DNA of 64,000 bases, taken from assembly GCA_965223865.1 (NCBI GenBank), contig OZ245020.1, forward strand, positions 1,696,001-1,760,000, given 5' to 3'. This document shows positions 39,953 to 49,850 of the stretch, in pieces. The notes beneath the pieces are model-generated. The model was given only the letters and a program-made list of their open reading frames with translations. It made no database searches and was not told the DNA's origin. The position numbers and the translations under genes were made by a program. The first letter of the stretch is position 1. Each line of letters begins with the position of its first letter. Origin of the DNA: Nitrosarchaeum sp. Lineage in GTDB: Archaea; Thermoproteota; Nitrososphaeria; Nitrososphaerales; Nitrosopumilaceae.

Positions 39953-40975
39953 ATGGCTTTAACTTACAAAAAAGCTGGAGTAGATATTTCTAAAATTAAA
40001 AAAAGCCAAGTCGCAATTGGGAAATTAATTCAATCAACACATAAACTGCAAAAAATGGCAAAAATAACACACGGGTTTGGTCATTATGCAGGAATTGTTG
40101 AGATACAGGGTGGAAATCTTTTAGCTACCCATACTGATGGGGTTGGAACCAAAGTTGTGATTGCAAACATGATGAAAAAATACAACACAGTAGGAATTGA
40201 TTGTGTTGCAATGAATGTAAATGACATTATTTGTATTGGTGCAACGCCAATTTCATTTGTAGATTATATTGCTGCAAATAAAAATGATGTACAAATTTTT
40301 AAAAAAATCGTAGAAGGGTTGGTAAGCGGAGCAAAAAAATCAGCAATGCCAATTGTAGGAGGAGAGACTGCAATAATGCCAGATGTAATTGAAGGTAAAG
40401 GGTTTGCATTTGACCTGGCAGGAATGGTGGTAGGATTGGTTTCAAAAAAAGACATTGTTCTTGGAAATAAAATAAGAACAGGAGATGTAATTATAGGTGC
40501 AAAAAGTAGTGGCATTCACTCAAATGGATATTCACTTGCAAGAAAGGCACTTTTGTCAAAATATTCTGTAAAAGACAGAGTTAGGGGAATAGGAGTTATT
40601 GGAAATACACTATTGACTCCAACTGAGATTTATGTAAAACCAGTTTTAGAAATCGTTCAAAAATGCAAAGTAAATGGTTTAGCTCACATAACAGGAGGAG
40701 CATTTACAAAACTAATGAGACTCAAAAAAATAGGATACAATATTGAGTCCTTACCTAAATTACCTCCAATAATGGGGCTAATTGAAGAGCAGGGGGTAAA
40801 ACCAGAAGAGATGTACAAAACATTTAACATGGGTGTTGGTTTTTGTGTGGTAGCCCCAAAAGATCAAACAACAAGAATTAAATCAATTTTCAAAAAGCAT
40901 AAAATTTCAAGCCAAGAAATAGGGACAATAATATCAAAAAAAGGAGTTTTTGTAAACTCGTCTAAAATTACATAA
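39953..40975 (+). CDS. purM: phosphoribosylaminoimidazole synthetase
   Basis: TYKKAGVD, TDGVGTK, GGETA, SSGIHSNGYS, AHITGG, FNMGVG. Confidence 0.97.
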   Translation: MALTYKKAGVDISKIKKSQVAIGKLIQSTHKLQKMAKITHGFGHYAGIVEIQGGNLLATHTDGVGTKVVIANMMKKYNTVGIDCVAMNVNDIICIGATPISFVDYIAANKNDVQIFKKIVEGLVSGAKKSAMPIVGGETAIMPDVIEGKGFAFDLAGMVVGLVSKKDIVLGNKIRTGDVIIGAKSSGIHSNGYSLARKALLSKYSVKDRVRGIGVIGNTLLTPTEIYVKPVLEIVQKCKVNGLAHITGGAFTKLMRLKKIGYNIESLPKLPPIMGLIEEQGVKPEEMYKTFNMGVGFCVVAPKDQTTRIKSIFKKHKISSQEIGTIISKKGVFVNSSKIT

Positions 40976-41049
40976 TTAGACAAATACGAAATATTTTTCG
41001 ACTAAATATCGCCTTATATTGGCCATTTCTAAATCTAGATTGACAACAA

Positions 41050-42294
41050 ATGGCAGCAGAAGCACATTTCATTGAGACAATCATTGGAGTTGGAATTTTA
41101 TTATTTGCTGCAAAATTAATGGCAGAATTATTTCTCAGACTCAAGCTTCCAATAGTTCTAGGCGAACTGATTGCAGGAATGGTCATAGGTCCATTTGCAT
41201 TAGGAGCTTATATCATTGGAGCAGATGGATTACCATTACTTCACATTAATGATGAGATTAGAGTTCTAGGAGAGATTGGCGCCATAGTTATTTTGTTCAT
41301 GGCAGGACTTGAGATGACACCAAAAGAATTTCTCAAGGGAGGAAAGGCATCCTTTACAGTGGGGACATTAGGTGTTGTTGTTCCGTTTTTCGCAGGATTG
41401 GCAGTTTTTCAAGTATTTGGTTTTGATGCATTACAATCTATGCTTATTGCAACAGCACTTACTGCAACAAGCATTGCAATTTCCATTCAAGTATTAAGTG
41501 AATTTGGAAAACTCAAAGCTCCAGAAGCTCGTCTAATTATTGGAGCTGCAGTAGTGGATGATATTTTGGCAATTGCAGTATTGTCTGTGGTAACATCAAT
41601 CGCAGGAGGAGATGGAGGAGTAGAAAATATCGACATCATGGAAGTTACAATCACAATTCTGCAGGTACTAGCATTCTTTGCAATAATGCTTGTGGTATCA
41701 GTTTTAGTAATCCCAAAAATAATTACACCACGATTATGGAAGGCAAAAGGCAGTGTAGAAGGAATTGCAACAGCGTCATTTTTTGGAGCAGCCGCACTTG
41801 CAGGCTCTATTGGACTATCACCTATCGTAGGAGCATTTGCAGTAGGCATGGCACTTTCTACAACCAAAGTATTTGAAAAAGTTGAAACATATATTGGAAA
41901 AATTGGTCTCATCTTTGCACCGTTATTTTTTGCAATTATCGGTGCACAAGTTGACTTTAGACAAGTAAGTTGGGAAATATTGATGCTTAGTGGAATAATT
42001 ATTGTTGTTGCAATTGCAACAAAATTGTTTGGATGTGGTCTTCCAGCAATGATGTTTTTGAAAAACAAAGCTCAAGGAATGAGAGTTGGAATAGGAATGA
42101 TTTCTAGAGGAGAAGTAGGATTGATTGTAGCCGGAGTGGGAGTATCCTCAGGTGTTTTGGCCTCAGATGTTTATTCAACAATTGTAATTATGGTTGCAGT
42201 AACTACAATCATCACACCAATATGGCTAAAGATGGAATACAAAAAGGAACAGAGAAGTGGTCAAGAACCAGCAGAAGTAAACAATTCCGAATAG
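41050..42294 (+). CDS. cation:proton antiporter (CPA2/NapA-like)
   Basis: LF.AGLE, TATSI, AAVVDD, RGEVGL. Confidence 0.93.
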   Translation: MAAEAHFIETIIGVGILLFAAKLMAELFLRLKLPIVLGELIAGMVIGPFALGAYIIGADGLPLLHINDEIRVLGEIGAIVILFMAGLEMTPKEFLKGGKASFTVGTLGVVVPFFAGLAVFQVFGFDALQSMLIATALTATSIAISIQVLSEFGKLKAPEARLIIGAAVVDDILAIAVLSVVTSIAGGDGGVENIDIMEVTITILQVLAFFAIMLVVSVLVIPKIITPRLWKAKGSVEGIATASFFGAAALAGSIGLSPIVGAFAVGMALSTTKVFEKVETYIGKIGLIFAPLFFAIIGAQVDFRQVSWEILMLSGIIIVVAIATKLFGCGLPAMMFLKNKAQGMRVGIGMISRGEVGLIVAGVGVSSGVLASDVYSTIVIMVAVTTIITPIWLKMEYKKEQRSGQEPAEVNNSE

Positions 42295-42351
42295 AATCAA
42301 ATTGTTAAATTTCAAAAAATGTTAAATTATACTGAAGTAAATTTACAAAGA

Positions 42352-42780
42352 ATGTCAGAAAATCAAGCAAAATCAGGAATTTTAGCAGATGTTAAAGGTG
42401 CTCAAAAAGAAATCAAAGAGGTAAAAAAGATGATACTTCAAAGCGTACAAGAGGAGATTAACGAATTAAAAGAAATCATACAAGAAATCGAGGTAAATTC
42501 GAAGAGAAAGACAGCTGGTGCAAAGAGAAAGACAGCTGGTGCAAAGAGAAAGACAGCTGGTGCAAAGAGAAAGACAGCTGGTGCAAAGAGAAAGACAGCT
42601 GGTGCAAAGAGAAAGACAGCTGGTGCAAAGAGAAAGACAGCTGGTGCAAAGAGAAAGACAGCTGGTGCAAAGAGAAAGACAGCTGGTGCAAAGAGAAAGA
42701 CAGCTGGTGCAAAGAGAAAGACAGCTGGTGCAAAGAGAAAGACAGCTGGTGCAAAGAGAAAGACATCTAAAAGGAGATAA
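42352..42780 (+). CDS. histone H1-like basic repeat protein
   Basis: Short acidic coiled coil followed by (KRKTAGA)12 KRKTSKRR; ATG 42352. Confidence 0.75.
   Translation: MSENQAKSGILADVKGAQKEIKEVKKMILQSVQEEINELKEIIQEIEVNSKRKTAGAKRKTAGAKRKTAGAKRKTAGAKRKTAGAKRKTAGAKRKTAGAKRKTAGAKRKTAGAKRKTAGAKRKTAGAKRKTAGAKRKTSKRR
42502..42765 (+). repeat. perfect 21-bp tandem repeat x12 plus a partial copy
   Basis: AAGAGAAAGACAGCTGGTGCA; all copies identical. Confidence 0.97.
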
Positions 42781-42832
42781 ACAACATGGTCCAAAATTTA
42801 AGGAATTTATGTTCAAATCAATATGATTTTGT

Positions 42833-44413
42833 ATGAGTAAACTAGAAACCGAATTTTTAAGAGCATGTAATGAGATAACAACGAATTTGCTTACAATAAA
42901 GGAGCCTACTAAAAAACAAGTAAAAGAAGAAATTAAGAAAATATGTGCAAAATATTCTCTTGAAAGAATTCCTAGAAATCACGAAATACTTTCAATGGCA
43001 AAAGATTCAGACTTTTTAAAATTAAGAAAAGTATTGTTGAAAAAACCTGTCAAGACAGCGTCAGGAGTTTCTATAATTGCTTTAATGCCAAAACCCTTTG
43101 CTTGTCCACATGGGAGATGCACTTATTGTCCAGGTGGAGTTGAGTTTAATTCCCCAAATAGCTATACAGGTAATGAACCATCAACTCTAAATGCAATTGA
43201 AAATGATTATGAACCAAAATTACAGATCACTTCTAAAATTAAAAAGCTAATTTCATTTGGCCATGATCCATCTAAAATGGAAATTGTAATTGTTGGAGGG
43301 ACATTTCTATTTATGCCAAAAGACTATCAAGAAGATTTCATAAAATCATGTTATGACGCTTTAAATGGAATAGAATCAAAATCTCTTGAAGAAGCTAAAT
43401 CAAATAATGAACATGCAAAAATCAGAAATGTTGGATTTACAATCGAAACGAAGCCTGATTATTGCAAACAAAAACATGTTGATGCGATGCTAAATTATGG
43501 CATTACAAGAGTTGAGATTGGAGTACAATCATTACAAGAGAGGATTTACAAAATTGTCAATAGGGGTCATGATTATGACGATGTAACAGAATCATTTCAA
43601 ATTTCCAAAGATGCAGGATATAAAATTGTGGCACATATGATGCCAGGACTTCCCACAGTCACTCCTGAGGAAGATATTTCAGATTTTAAAAAATTATTTT
43701 CAAACTCAGATTTAAAACCAGATATGCTGAAAATTTATCCATCATTGGTAATTGAAAACACCCCAATGTATGATGAATACAAGAGTGGAGAATACACTCC
43801 ATACTCTGATGACAAAATGATCAAAGTACTAACAGAAGTAAAGAAAAATGTTCCAAAATGGGTTCGAATTATGAGAGTTCAAAGAGAAATATCACCTAAC
43901 GAGATTATTGCAGGTCCGAAATCAGGTAATTTTAGACAAATTGTGCATCAAAATCTAAGAAAGCAAGGACTTTCTTGTAAATGCATAAGATGCCGAGAAG
44001 CAGGATTATCAAATAATAAAATTAAGGAACAAAAGCTCACATTAAACAGAATAAACTATGAATCATCTGGAGGAAATGAAGTATTTCTATCCTATGAAGA
44101 TAAAAATGAGTCAATCTATGGATTTCTAAGATTACGAAAGCCGAGTGAAATGGCACATAGACATGAGGTAAAAGAAAACTGTATTGTTCGTGAGCTTCAT
44201 GTTTATGGAAAATCGGTAAAAATTGGGGAGAAAGAAGAAAATGAGATACAGCATTCAGGGTTAGGAAAAAAGCTAGTAAAAGAAGCAGAAAAAATTTCGA
44301 AAGAAGAATTTAATGCCAAAAAACTTTTAGTGATTAGTGCAGTTGGGACAAGAGAATATTATCAAAAGATAGGGTATTCGTTATATGGGCCGTACATGGC
44401 AAAATCACTGTAA
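42833..44413 (+). CDS. elp3: Elp3 tRNA carboxymethyluridine synthase (radical SAM + KAT)
   Basis: KTASGV, CPHGRCTYCPGG, ETKPD, RELHVYG, QH.GLG, VISAVGTREYY. Confidence 0.95.
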   Translation: MSKLETEFLRACNEITTNLLTIKEPTKKQVKEEIKKICAKYSLERIPRNHEILSMAKDSDFLKLRKVLLKKPVKTASGVSIIALMPKPFACPHGRCTYCPGGVEFNSPNSYTGNEPSTLNAIENDYEPKLQITSKIKKLISFGHDPSKMEIVIVGGTFLFMPKDYQEDFIKSCYDALNGIESKSLEEAKSNNEHAKIRNVGFTIETKPDYCKQKHVDAMLNYGITRVEIGVQSLQERIYKIVNRGHDYDDVTESFQISKDAGYKIVAHMMPGLPTVTPEEDISDFKKLFSNSDLKPDMLKIYPSLVIENTPMYDEYKSGEYTPYSDDKMIKVLTEVKKNVPKWVRIMRVQREISPNEIIAGPKSGNFRQIVHQNLRKQGLSCKCIRCREAGLSNNKIKEQKLTLNRINYESSGGNEVFLSYEDKNESIYGFLRLRKPSEMAHRHEVKENCIVRELHVYGKSVKIGEKEENEIQHSGLGKKLVKEAEKISKEEFNAKKLLVISAVGTREYYQKIGYSLYGPYMAKSL

Positions 44414-44417
44414 AGAA

Positions 44418-46004
44418 ATGACAGAACAAGAAATTATTGGATTAGGTACTTGGATTGACAAATTAGCTTACGAATTAATAGAAAGAGAAAAAGATCTTGG
44501 ACGGAATTTGGATCTTCTCAAAGTAGAAAGCGGACTTGGAGCATCTGGTGTTCCACATATTGGAAGTTTAGGGGATGCCGTAAGGGCATATGGAGTAAAA
44601 CTTGCACTTGAAAATCTCGGATATAAATCAAAACTAATTGCATATTCAGATGACCTGGACGGTCTTAGAAAAATACCAGAAGGATTTCCAGACTCATTAG
44701 AAGAGCATCTAGCTAAACCAGTTTCATTAATTCCAGATCCATTTGGTTGTCATGAATCGTACGGAATGCATATGAGCAGTATTCTGTTGGACGGATTAGA
44801 TAAAACGGGAATAAAATATGAATTTAGAAGAGCAATTAACACCTACAAGAAAGGATTGCTTAAAGACCAAATACACACAATTCTAAAAAATAGCACAAAA
44901 ATAGGTGATAAAATTTCAGAACTGGTAGGACAAGAAAAATATCAAAAATTTTTACCATATTTCCCAGTATGTGATAATTGTAGTAGATTATACACTGCAG
45001 AATCTTTTGAGTATTTAGAAGATGAAAAGAAGGTCAGATACAAGTGTCATGATGCTGAAATTGGGTCAAAAATGATCAAAGGGTGTGGCCATGATGGAGA
45101 GGCAGATATTACAAAAGATTTGGGAAAATTAGCATGGAAAGTAGAATTTGCGGCGAGATGGGCTGCATTTGACATTAGATTTGAAGCATATGGTAAAGAC
45201 ATCATGGATTCAGTCAAGGTCAATGATTGGGTGGCAGATGAGATTTTAGAATATCCACACCCACACCATGTAAAATATGAAATGTTTTTGGATAAGGGAG
45301 GTAAGAAAATATCAAAATCTTTAGGAAATGTAGTGACTGTACAAAAATGGTTAGAGTTTGGAGATCCAAAATCAATTCTACTGTTACTTTACAAAAGAAT
45401 TACAGGAGCAAGAGAACTAGGGTTTGAGGACATTCCTTCACTAATGAATGAGTATAACGAACTTGAAGATATTTTCTTTGGAAAAACAAAGATAGACAAC
45501 CAAGCAAAATTGATAAAATCTAAGGGGCTATTCAAATATGTTAATCTGTTAGACATTCCCAAAGAGGCAAGCATTCATGTAAATTATAGACTTTTAGTAG
45601 AGTTGGCAAAAATTTTCAAAGAAAATAGAAAAGAAAGAATTATGAAAAAACTTCAAGATTACGGAGTAATTAAAAATCCTGATCCAAAAGTAGAAAAATT
45701 AATTGAATTGGCTGGAAACTTTGCTGATGAATTTGATCAACAAGAAAAAACCAAAATTGAATTGGATGAATCAGCTAAAAAAGCACTAAAGATCCTCTCA
45801 GAAACATTAAGTTCTGAAGGAGAACTAGACGATATCCAAAATACAATTTATCAAATTGCAAAATCAAATAACGTTCAACCAAGAGATTTTTTTAAAATCC
45901 TATATCAAATCATTTTAGGGACTCCCAGAGGTCCAAAGATTGGTCCATTTATTTCAGACATAGGAAGAAAACAAGTAGCAAAAACTATTGCAGAGTATAT
46001 CTAA
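44418..46004 (+). CDS. lysS: lysyl-tRNA synthetase class I
   Basis: SGVPHIGS (HIGH), GKLAWKVE, E.YGKD, KISKS (KMSKS), GPKIG. Confidence 0.96.
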   Translation: MTEQEIIGLGTWIDKLAYELIEREKDLGRNLDLLKVESGLGASGVPHIGSLGDAVRAYGVKLALENLGYKSKLIAYSDDLDGLRKIPEGFPDSLEEHLAKPVSLIPDPFGCHESYGMHMSSILLDGLDKTGIKYEFRRAINTYKKGLLKDQIHTILKNSTKIGDKISELVGQEKYQKFLPYFPVCDNCSRLYTAESFEYLEDEKKVRYKCHDAEIGSKMIKGCGHDGEADITKDLGKLAWKVEFAARWAAFDIRFEAYGKDIMDSVKVNDWVADEILEYPHPHHVKYEMFLDKGGKKISKSLGNVVTVQKWLEFGDPKSILLLLYKRITGARELGFEDIPSLMNEYNELEDIFFGKTKIDNQAKLIKSKGLFKYVNLLDIPKEASIHVNYRLLVELAKIFKENRKERIMKKLQDYGVIKNPDPKVEKLIELAGNFADEFDQQEKTKIELDESAKKALKILSETLSSEGELDDIQNTIYQIAKSNNVQPRDFFKILYQIILGTPRGPKIGPFISDIGRKQVAKTIAEYI

Positions 46005-46205
46005 ATGGCCCATAGCGAGCATAATCGATCAAAAAAGAGTGGAGGTTTTGTTCTGATAATTTTTGGAGCTCTTTTATTGTTTTTAGCACCAAATATCCAT
46101 CCAACTAGTCCTGAATTAGGAGTGATGGCTCTTATCGGCGGAATAATCATAGGTGGTACTGGATTTTATATTCGGTTTATAAAGAACAGACCAAGGCAAG
46201 TCTAA
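46005..46205 (+). CDS. small two-TM protein
   Basis: 66 aa with two hydrophobic helices; abuts lysS. Confidence 0.7.
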   Translation: MAHSEHNRSKKSGGFVLIIFGALLLFLAPNIHPTSPELGVMALIGGIIIGGTGFYIRFIKNRPRQV

Positions 46206-46242
46206 AGAAACGTTCATCTTCTGGAGCAGGAGGTAGGTCATC

Positions 46243-47046
46243 ATGGGTCTTTTTAGAAAGAAAAAAGAGAGCAAAGATGAAATAATCTCTGAGAAAAGTG
46301 AAGAGTTTGTTCTCAAAGAAGAATTAGAGAAAGAAGTTGAAGATTTGCAAACCCAATTTAGAGCAAAGCAAATAGAGTTTGACGAGATTAAACAAAAATT
46401 ACAAAATGTAAAGGAAGAGTATGACCAGACAGTCATCAATTTGATGGAGGTAAAAAAAGAAACTAATCAGAAAAAAATGGAACTAGATAGAATTCAGATA
46501 GAATACAAAGATATTAAATCAAAAATAGAAAATGCAGATCAACGTTTAAGCCAAAGCAAAAAATCGTTTAGTGAATTAACTAAAGCAGAGTCAGATTTAG
46601 CCAAAATTAAACAAGAAATTCAAGAAATTTCAAAAGAACATGATGAGATAAAATCAAAAATTTCTGAAGAACAAGAAACATTGCATAAAATCCGTACACA
46701 ACAAATTCAAGCACAAGAAGATCTTGAAGAAGTAAACTCTAGACTATACAATGCCAGACATGAATTGACAAATTTGCCTGAAGCTCAATTTGGAAATGAT
46801 ACAGTACTATCTATGAAAGAAAAAGATTTGATTGAAAATGAAACAATCAATCAAAAAGGTACAAGCGGAATTATTGAGGCCGCAAGTGTAGTAGTAGGTT
46901 CTCTAAAATCAAAATTAAGTATGAGAGAAAAGGAACTTGAAACAGTTCAACAACTATTAGAAAAAGAAAGAGAAGAACATGAAAAAACAAAAAATGAGCT
47001 AGAAATGATTAAAAAATCAACAGATGTATCTGAGAAAGAATCATAA
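46243..47046 (+). CDS. long coiled-coil protein
   Basis: MGLFRKKK start, heptad E/K/Q-rich sequence; GGAGGT RBS upstream. Confidence 0.8.
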   Translation: MGLFRKKKESKDEIISEKSEEFVLKEELEKEVEDLQTQFRAKQIEFDEIKQKLQNVKEEYDQTVINLMEVKKETNQKKMELDRIQIEYKDIKSKIENADQRLSQSKKSFSELTKAESDLAKIKQEIQEISKEHDEIKSKISEEQETLHKIRTQQIQAQEDLEEVNSRLYNARHELTNLPEAQFGNDTVLSMKEKDLIENETINQKGTSGIIEAASVVVGSLKSKLSMREKELETVQQLLEKEREEHEKTKNELEMIKKSTDVSEKES

Positions 47047-47487
47047 TTGCTGAAAATGTTTTTTCCATTTTGATTTAATCTCATCTTCTGTAACACCTAA
47101 ATCATACAACGGAGATGTGACTTCTTTAACATCAAAAACATCAACTAAAACTATGGCATTAATTGGACTTTTGATTCCTTTATGTCGATAATGATTTAGA
47201 ATTTCATTATATGTTTGACCGCTTTTTATGATTTTTGATTTACCTTTAAAGAGAAATCCCTTTCTCAATAAGGGGTCAATTACATTAATTTCAACATCAG
47301 GATTTTTCTCAAGATTTTGTATTGTATCAGGAGAACGAATGTCTGCAAAGGCTAGAGTATTGGAATTCCAACCAATGATTGTTCCTTTTGGAGATAAGTT
47401 TGGAGAAAGATCCTCTGAAACCGTAGCAACATAACCTAGTTTTTGTGTATCTAAAAATTTCTGAATTTGAGGTGAAATCAATCCCAT
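47041..47487 (-). CDS. pyridoxamine 5'-phosphate oxidase-like FMN/F420-binding protein
   Basis: YVATV....PNLSPKG, LAFAD, T..NLEKNP. Confidence 0.88.
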   Translation of the reverse strand: MGLISPQIQKFLDTQKLGYVATVSEDLSPNLSPKGTIIGWNSNTLAFADIRSPDTIQNLEKNPDVEINVIDPLLRKGFLFKGKSKIIKSGQTYNEILNHYRHKGIKSPINAIVLVDVFDVKEVTSPLYDLGVTEDEIKSKWKKHFQQL

Positions 47488-47526
47488 AAATCAATCAGAG
47501 TGGAATAATTTAATTAATTTTTAATT

Positions 47527-47625
47527 TCATCTCATTGCTTCAGCAGCAATTTGTGAAAAGAAGAAAAACCCAATGCCACCACCAATTATTGCAATCCAAG
47601 CAACAATTTTTTTAAACGTAGTCAT
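47527..47625 (-). CDS. 32-aa single-TM microprotein
   Basis: MTTFKKIVAWIAIIGGGIGFFFFSQIAAEAMR*; below the ORF-track cutoff. Confidence 0.55.
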   Translation of the reverse strand: MTTFKKIVAWIAIIGGGIGFFFFSQIAAEAMR

Positions 47626-47663
47626 ATCATTATACAAAAGAACGTATTATTGAATCTAATTGA

Positions 47664-47783
47664 TCATCCATTCTTGGAGCGAACTGGATCGTGCTCTTTT
47701 CCAATATGTTTTGCCAGTTTAATTACATCATCACCAAAATCTTTTCCACAGTACATGCAATCAAATTTAAATTGACTAGACAT
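47664..47783 (-). CDS. 39-aa C2H2 zinc-finger microprotein
   Basis: MSSQFKFDCMYCGKDFGDDVIKLAKHIGKEHDPVRSKNG*. Confidence 0.7.
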   Translation of the reverse strand: MSSQFKFDCMYCGKDFGDDVIKLAKHIGKEHDPVRSKNG

Positions 47784-47830
47784 GAAAAATATCAGGAAAG
47801 TATATTATTAAACAATTTTCATCAGAAAAA

Positions 47831-48004
47831 TCATCCATAAATTAAACAATGCTCGCATTCACAGCTTGGTTTTTCTTTTGTTTTTGCAAGGCATTTTTTG
47901 TGTTGTCCTGCTTGACACTGGACACATATTTGATCTAGATTATCTACACTAGTATATTTTTTGGATTGATCAAATCCAAATCCTCCATCTTGGGGTCCAA
48001 CCAT
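47831..48004 (-). CDS. 57-aa Cys-rich microprotein
   Basis: ...CVQCQAGQHKKC...SCECEHC.. Confidence 0.7.
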   Translation of the reverse strand: MVGPQDGGFGFDQSKKYTSVDNLDQICVQCQAGQHKKCLAKTKEKPSCECEHCLIYG

Positions 48005-48030
48005 ATTACTGATAAACTAAAGTAGTATTT

Positions 48031-48342
48031 CTACTTCACTGAAAGGCCTTCTTGAATTGAATTTCTTAGTTGCTCTCTGTAAATTTCTATGATTCCTCGA
48101 ATTTCAAACATGTCGATAAACCCTCCAGATGATGTACGAGTAGCCTTTAATAGATAGTGCAATGCACCCTCTTCAATTTTTCCAACATAATATCCATACA
48201 GAAAATCCCTTTCTTCTTTGCACTTCCAGACTTGTTTTATGTTTGGAAATGTGTGATGGATCTCAGATGGAATTTCTCTAATTCTCATTTTGATGTATTG
48301 TTCTAGAGATTTTCGAATTGAAGAGTCTTGAAGCAAGATCAT
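48031..48342 (-). CDS. hypothetical protein
   Basis: 103-aa ORF with DFLYGYYVG motif. Confidence 0.7.
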   Translation of the reverse strand: MILLQDSSIRKSLEQYIKMRIREIPSEIHHTFPNIKQVWKCKEERDFLYGYYVGKIEEGALHYLLKATRTSSGGFIDMFEIRGIIEIYREQLRNSIQEGLSVK

Positions 48343-48365
48343 AGGTAATTACAGATACTTGTTTT

Positions 48366-48512
48366 TTAGTCATTATTCTCATCAGTTTTTTTTGAATCAG
48401 GTTTATCCCACAAATGCATCGTCCCACGAATCATGAAAGAACCTACAATAATGGCGACGATGCCACCAATGATAAAAAGGAAAAATGTCCCTATGCTTTT
48501 CAGGCCTGCCAA
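48366..48512 (-). CDS. 48-aa single-TM microprotein
   Basis: TTG start; MAGLKSIGTFFLFIIGGIVAIIVGSFMIRG...*. Confidence 0.5.
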   Translation of the reverse strand: MAGLKSIGTFFLFIIGGIVAIIVGSFMIRGTMHLWDKPDSKKTDENND

Positions 48513-48543
48513 CAATTACAATATAATTAATGTATAATTATAA

Positions 48544-48672
48544 TTGTCTGATATAGGTAAAATGAACTGCAATAATAAGAAAATTGGGTGTTACCATGAT
48601 GATTCTATCCATTATGAAGGATATGGTAAATGCCTTGTCAAAGGTTGTAAATGTGAAAAATATGAAAAATAG
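48544..48672 (+). CDS. Cys/His-rich microprotein (start TTG 48544 or ATG 48562)
   Basis: MNCNNKKIGCYHDDSIHYEGYGKCLVKGCKCEKYEK*. Confidence 0.6.
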   Translation: MSDIGKMNCNNKKIGCYHDDSIHYEGYGKCLVKGCKCEKYEK

Positions 48673-48832
48673 AGTAAATTTCTTTTTTAGTTAAGGATGT
48701 AAATAAGTAATTGTTAATCAAAAATAATTTCTTTGTTTTACTTTACAATAATGTACTAAATTGACATATAAGATCATATTTTAATTTAGGAATTCTTTCA
48801 AAATTATTTACAGAAAATCATCAATGCAAAAA

Positions 48833-49168
48833 TTAACCTAAAGAAGATAATTTGTCTTCAAGATGTTTAATCTCATCTTGGTACATCTCTGCTTTTGTTT
48901 GAACAAATTCTTTTTGTGCTTTTATTATTTCAGATAATGCAGTCTTGTAACCTGAATCACTTTCTTTTATAATATCGCATGAATCTAGAGTCGTTATATG
49001 ACCGGTGACAGTAGCTGTTGCTCCTTTTTGATTAAATTTTACAATTCCCCCAAATGCTACAATCATCATAAATCCTGAATCAGCTTTGCATTTGTAGGTT
49101 ACACGGCCAGTTTCAGTGTTAAATAACTGAGTGATCCCGCCTGGCATTTTTGTAACTGTAACTGTCAT
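48833..49168 (-). CDS. hypothetical protein
   Basis: 111-aa ORF, beta-rich N-terminus and coiled C-terminus. Confidence 0.7.
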   Translation of the reverse strand: MTVTVTKMPGGITQLFNTETGRVTYKCKADSGFMMIVAFGGIVKFNQKGATATVTGHITTLDSCDIIKESDSGYKTALSEIIKAQKEFVQTKAEMYQDEIKHLEDKLSSLG

Positions 49169-49212
49169 GAGATTTGAAAAAAATAAGGAGTATTAATGAT
49201 TTTAGAAAGAAT

Positions 49213-49731
49213 CTATGCAGGGGTTTCTGTTGCAGAAGCTTCAGTATCTGCTCCCAAGATCTTGTCTATCTCATTTATTGCAATTTTGTCTCTTCCAATT
49301 AGTTCAAACTTTTGTATTAACGATTCAAACTTTGTTTCTTCCTGAACTTGCTCATTGACAAACCATTCTAGAAATGCATAAGTTGAATGATCCTTGTCTT
49401 TTTGTGCAATTTCAACCATCTTGTGAATTGCAGTAGTTACAGATTGCTCATTTTTTAGAGCGATCTTTAGAATGGATTCAAGAGATTTGAAATTACTTAC
49501 AGGTAATTTTGTTGCAGGGATTACAGCATTAATCCCCAAATTATTCAAATAATGAACAATTTTTAACATATGGGTTCTCTCTTCGTCAGATTGGGCGTAA
49601 AAGAAACTTGCACTGCCTTCGTATCCTGTAACCTCACACCAAGATGCCATTGCCATATAGCTATTTGATGCGTTTGCTTCAAGACTAATTTGGTTGTTAA
49701 GTGCCTTTTGCATATTTTTTGTAATTTTCAT
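49213..49731 (-). CDS. ftnA: non-heme ferritin
   Basis: LNNQI..E..AS..Y, F...SDEERTH, EQ.VT, FLEWFVNEQVQEE. Confidence 0.93.
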   Translation of the reverse strand: MKITKNMQKALNNQISLEANASNSYMAMASWCEVTGYEGSASFFYAQSDEERTHMLKIVHYLNNLGINAVIPATKLPVSNFKSLESILKIALKNEQSVTTAIHKMVEIAQKDKDHSTYAFLEWFVNEQVQEETKFESLIQKFELIGRDKIAINEIDKILGADTEASATETPA

Positions 49732-49850
49732 TAAATTGAAGACATCTTTCTTAATTAAAAATAGTTTCTGTATAGATAAAAAAACATCCTAAAGAAGACA
49801 TGATCGGCATAATTCAAAATCTTGTGTTATGAAATCTTTAAATTCATTAT

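Noticed and set aside
41487-42068. 193-aa antisense ORF, and similar shadow ORFs in other genes
   Set aside because: Fully overlaps a well-supported gene; typical codon-bias shadow
42502-42765. CRISPR array
   Set aside because: Head-to-tail repeats with no spacers and no cas genes
42438-42826. Repeat-derived ORFs in other frames (VFLFAPA, LSLCTSC, QRERQLV, FSLHQLS)
   Set aside because: By-products of a stop-free 21-bp repeat; only the KRKTAGA frame has a credible unique N-terminus
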